NCBI GenBank assembly: GCA_030599585.1
Contig: JAUVNS010000009.1
Span: 1 to 64,000, forward strand
Direction of reading: 5' to 3'
DNA length: 64,000 nt
DNA from: Promethearchaeota archaeon
Lineage (GTDB): Archaea > Asgardarchaeota > Lokiarchaeia > Sigyniarchaeales > SOKP01
Below the pieces are notes generated by a model, which worked only from the letters and a program-made list of their open reading frames with translations, ran no database searches and was not told the origin of the DNA. The translations under genes were made by a program, and so were the position numbers. Shown piece by piece: positions 61,836 through 64,000 of the stretch. Each line of letters begins with the position of its first letter. Position 1 is the stretch's first letter.

Positions 61836-62983
61836 GAGATCTAGAGATTTTAGAATCCAAAGCACAGACCTTTTACGTAAAGAAAGAAGGAATTCCTAAA
61901 GGATGCCAACAATGTTTAAAAGGTACTAAAGCAGTATTATTTCTTAATGGAATCTGTCAGAACCCAAAACACTGTTGGTGGTATTGTCCAATTTCTGAAA
62001 AACGAAAAGGTAAGAAAGATACATATATAAATGAGATTCAAATATCTTCTAAAGAGCAGATACTGCACGAACTTAAAGCTATTAATGCGAAAGGTATGAG
62101 CATTACGGGGGGAGACCCATTATATGAACCCAACTTAAAAAAAACGCTTGAATATATTAAATTCATCAAAAAAATTAAAGGAAAAAAGTTTCATATTCAT
62201 CTTTATACCAACGGTCTTAATTTTAGCGAAGAAATTGCGATAAAACTCGCACGAGCAGGGTTAGACGAAATTAGATTCAACCCATCAAAAGATAATTGGA
62301 ATGTGATGAAATACGCATTAAATAAGGGTATGTCTGTAGGAGCTGAAGTACCTGTGATTCCAGAAGTGGAGTATATAGAAAATTTGAAAAAATTCATTTT
62401 TTATTTAAACAAAATAGGCGCAGACTTTATCAATTTGAATGAATTTGAGTATAGTTTACCCAATAGCCAAAATTTACTAGAACGTAATTTCAAATTGGAA
62501 GCAGGTACAATAGCTTCTGTAAAGAATAGTAAAGAGTGTGCAATGAAGCTCATACATGATATCGTTCCAAAAGTTACAATAAAAATTCATTTTTGTACGA
62601 TTATAGCTAAGGATTATTGGCAATTGAGAGAAAGGTACTTGAGACGCGCAAAAACTGTTAAATTAAAATACGAAGAAATCACGAGAGAAGGGTTGCTATT
62701 ATACGCTCTAATAGAAGGCAAGGAGAAGGATATTAAAGAGTTTTGTAATCTTTTATTAAATGAACTAAAAGTCCCTCAAAACTTCTTATCTTGCGAAGCA
62801 ACTTATCTTAAATTACCCATAAAGTTTGCTATGGAAGAAAGATTATTGGATTTACTGAATCAACATAATTTACAAGGATACATAATAGAAATGACACCCT
62901 TTCGAGAAGAAAAATATCAACAAATAACGGAAAAAACACCTATCAAGTTATTCAAAGAAGAGATGCGACTTAATGATTATTGA
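61832..62983 (+). CDS. Radical SAM protein (COG2108-like)
   Basis: PKGCQQC..G.KAVLF, Cys cluster, ITGGDP, HIHLYT, GLDEIRF, NLNEFEYS. Confidence 0.85.
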   Translation: MRDLEILESKAQTFYVKKEGIPKGCQQCLKGTKAVLFLNGICQNPKHCWWYCPISEKRKGKKDTYINEIQISSKEQILHELKAINAKGMSITGGDPLYEPNLKKTLEYIKFIKKIKGKKFHIHLYTNGLNFSEEIAIKLARAGLDEIRFNPSKDNWNVMKYALNKGMSVGAEVPVIPEVEYIENLKKFIFYLNKIGADFINLNEFEYSLPNSQNLLERNFKLEAGTIASVKNSKECAMKLIHDIVPKVTIKIHFCTIIAKDYWQLRERYLRRAKTVKLKYEEITREGLLLYALIEGKEKDIKEFCNLLLNELKVPQNFLSCEATYLKLPIKFAMEERLLDLLNQHNLQGYIIEMTPFREEKYQQITEKTPIKLFKEEMRLNDY

Positions 62984-63419
62984 TACCGTCACTCTTAAGG
63001 ATTTAGACGAAATCTACAATTTAGAAAGAAGATCTTTTAAGAAAGACTCATTTTCTAAAGAATTAATTCTTAATTTGATAATAAAGAACACATGTTTTTT
63101 TAAGCTCATTGATGACGAATCATCGAATAGTATTATTGGGTTCATCATTATTATTCAAGATCGAGAAGAAAGAGTAAACTTAATTAACTTTTTAATTAAA
63201 AAAGGGGAAAGAAAAAGAGGTTATGGGAGTTTTCTCTTAAGACACACCCTGAAAAAAGTAAAAACTATAGATAAGATTAAAACAATTGTATTGAATGTAA
63301 ACTCCAAAAATAAAGCTGCTATTAGTTTGTATCAAAAATTTGATTTTCGAATTGCCCAAAGAATAGAAAATTATTATCGGGACAAGCAAAGCGCTTACTT
63401 AATGATATTGGACATTTAA
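62973..63419 (+). CDS. rimI: GNAT N-acetyltransferase (RimI/Ard1-like)
   Basis: RKRGYGS acetyl-CoA motif, LNV...N.AAI.LY.K, NYY...AYLM. Confidence 0.8.
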   Translation: MIIDTVTLKDLDEIYNLERRSFKKDSFSKELILNLIIKNTCFFKLIDDESSNSIIGFIIIIQDREERVNLINFLIKKGERKRGYGSFLLRHTLKKVKTIDKIKTIVLNVNSKNKAAISLYQKFDFRIAQRIENYYRDKQSAYLMILDI

Positions 63420-63528
63420 TCATTTTCTAAAAACCAAGACTTATAAATAAATTCTATTACAAATTGTGTATAGAACGCATTGATAATGTGCTCATAAAAG
63501 GAAACTAAACAAAAAGGTTTGAATTATT

Positions 63529-63681
63529 ATGTCGTTAGGAAACGAATTAAAAGACGAAATTAAAAAAGGTGTTGCTCTCCAAAAGGTTGACGATGAAGAA
63601 ATGAAAAAACGCGAAGAAGAGAAGAAGAAACGAATGGAAGAATTAGAAAAAGTCAAACAAGCCTTAGGAGCAACAGATTAA
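63529..63681 (+). CDS. 50-aa protein absent from the ORF track, with a WH2-like motif and charged helix
   Basis: Hand translation MSLGNELKDEIKKGVALQKVDDEEMKKREEEKKKRMEELEKVKQALGATD; ATG start after AAAGG, coding-like composition, T-rich terminator downstream. Confidence 0.7.
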   Translation: MSLGNELKDEIKKGVALQKVDDEEMKKREEEKKKRMEELEKVKQALGATD

Positions 63682-63730
63682 CACACACAACAGTGTTTTT
63701 TGTATTTTTATATTTTTTTTCTTTATTCTT
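63680..63730 (+). terminator. Probable terminator (short hairpin plus poly-T)
   Basis: AACAC...GTGTT followed by long T tracts right after the stop codon. Confidence 0.45.
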
Positions 63731-63832
63731 AGTTAACTCACAAAAACCCAAGCAAGATGCAATTTAAGTGTGTTAAACTTAATTGTTAGGGTTAATTATA
63801 ACAATTTAGGAATTTTGAGTTTGAAGTGTCTA

Positions 63833-64000
63833 ATGAAAATTCTGGATATTGATAAGAAGGAGGAAACAGTTTCATTAAGAATCGAAGATTTAAACGATCT
63901 ATGGACGCTCTATAATATTATTGCCAAAAATGACCAAGTAACTTCACGAACAAACCGTAGAATAGTTTTAAAAGAGGGTTCTAAAGGAGAAAGAAAACAA
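63833..64000 (+). CDS. pelA: Pelota/Dom34 (5' part, truncated by the window end)
   Basis: Hand translation MKILDIDKKEETVSLRIEDLNDLWTLYNIIAKNDQVTSRTNRRI, matching the pelota N-terminal E..DDLW.L motif. Confidence 0.88.
   Translation, partial: MKILDIDKKEETVSLRIEDLNDLWTLYNIIAKNDQVTSRTNRRIVLKEGSKGERKQ

Noticed and set aside
2139-62397. The many 60-130 aa ORFs nested within or antisense to long genes (e.g. 3175-3393, 11468-11749, 14613-14996, 27070-27405, 49563-49862)
   Set aside because: They overlap well-supported CDSs and have no recognisable motifs.

Overview
AT-rich archaeal chromosomal segment, almost certainly from an Asgard archaeon (Lokiarchaeia-like). It combines archaeal core genes (rpo5/rpo2, TFE, PolD DP1/DP2, cdc6, PAN, Cbf5, CarS, RtcB/archease, pelota) with five small GTPases (Rab-like, Arf/Rag-like, a roadblock-Rab fusion) and two longin-like proteins. 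About 1-16 kb is accessory, with bacterial-type enzymes (CE15 esterase, nuclease-helicase, TrmO, acyltransferase, haloalkane dehalogenase, ARPP-1/ArsR pair); the rest is mostly housekeeping. There are three tRNA genes: Lys-UUU with a T-loop BHB intron, Thr-CGU with a canonical intron, and Leu-GAG with C33. Main candidates for something new: (1) a co-oriented 18-22 bp hairpin-containing repeat (TGTGTTCCGGAGTTTTTACTCC) that brackets unrelated accessory genes, including a GTPase, like a gene-cassette array at 4.8-10.4 kb; (2) a 50-aa ORF missing from the ORF track (63529-63681) with a WH2/WAVE-like actin-binding motif; (3) a Rab with all five RabF motifs plus a long Pro-rich repeated tail and zinc ribbon; (4) the tRNA oddities. 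All functional calls come from motif recognition by eye, with no database searches.
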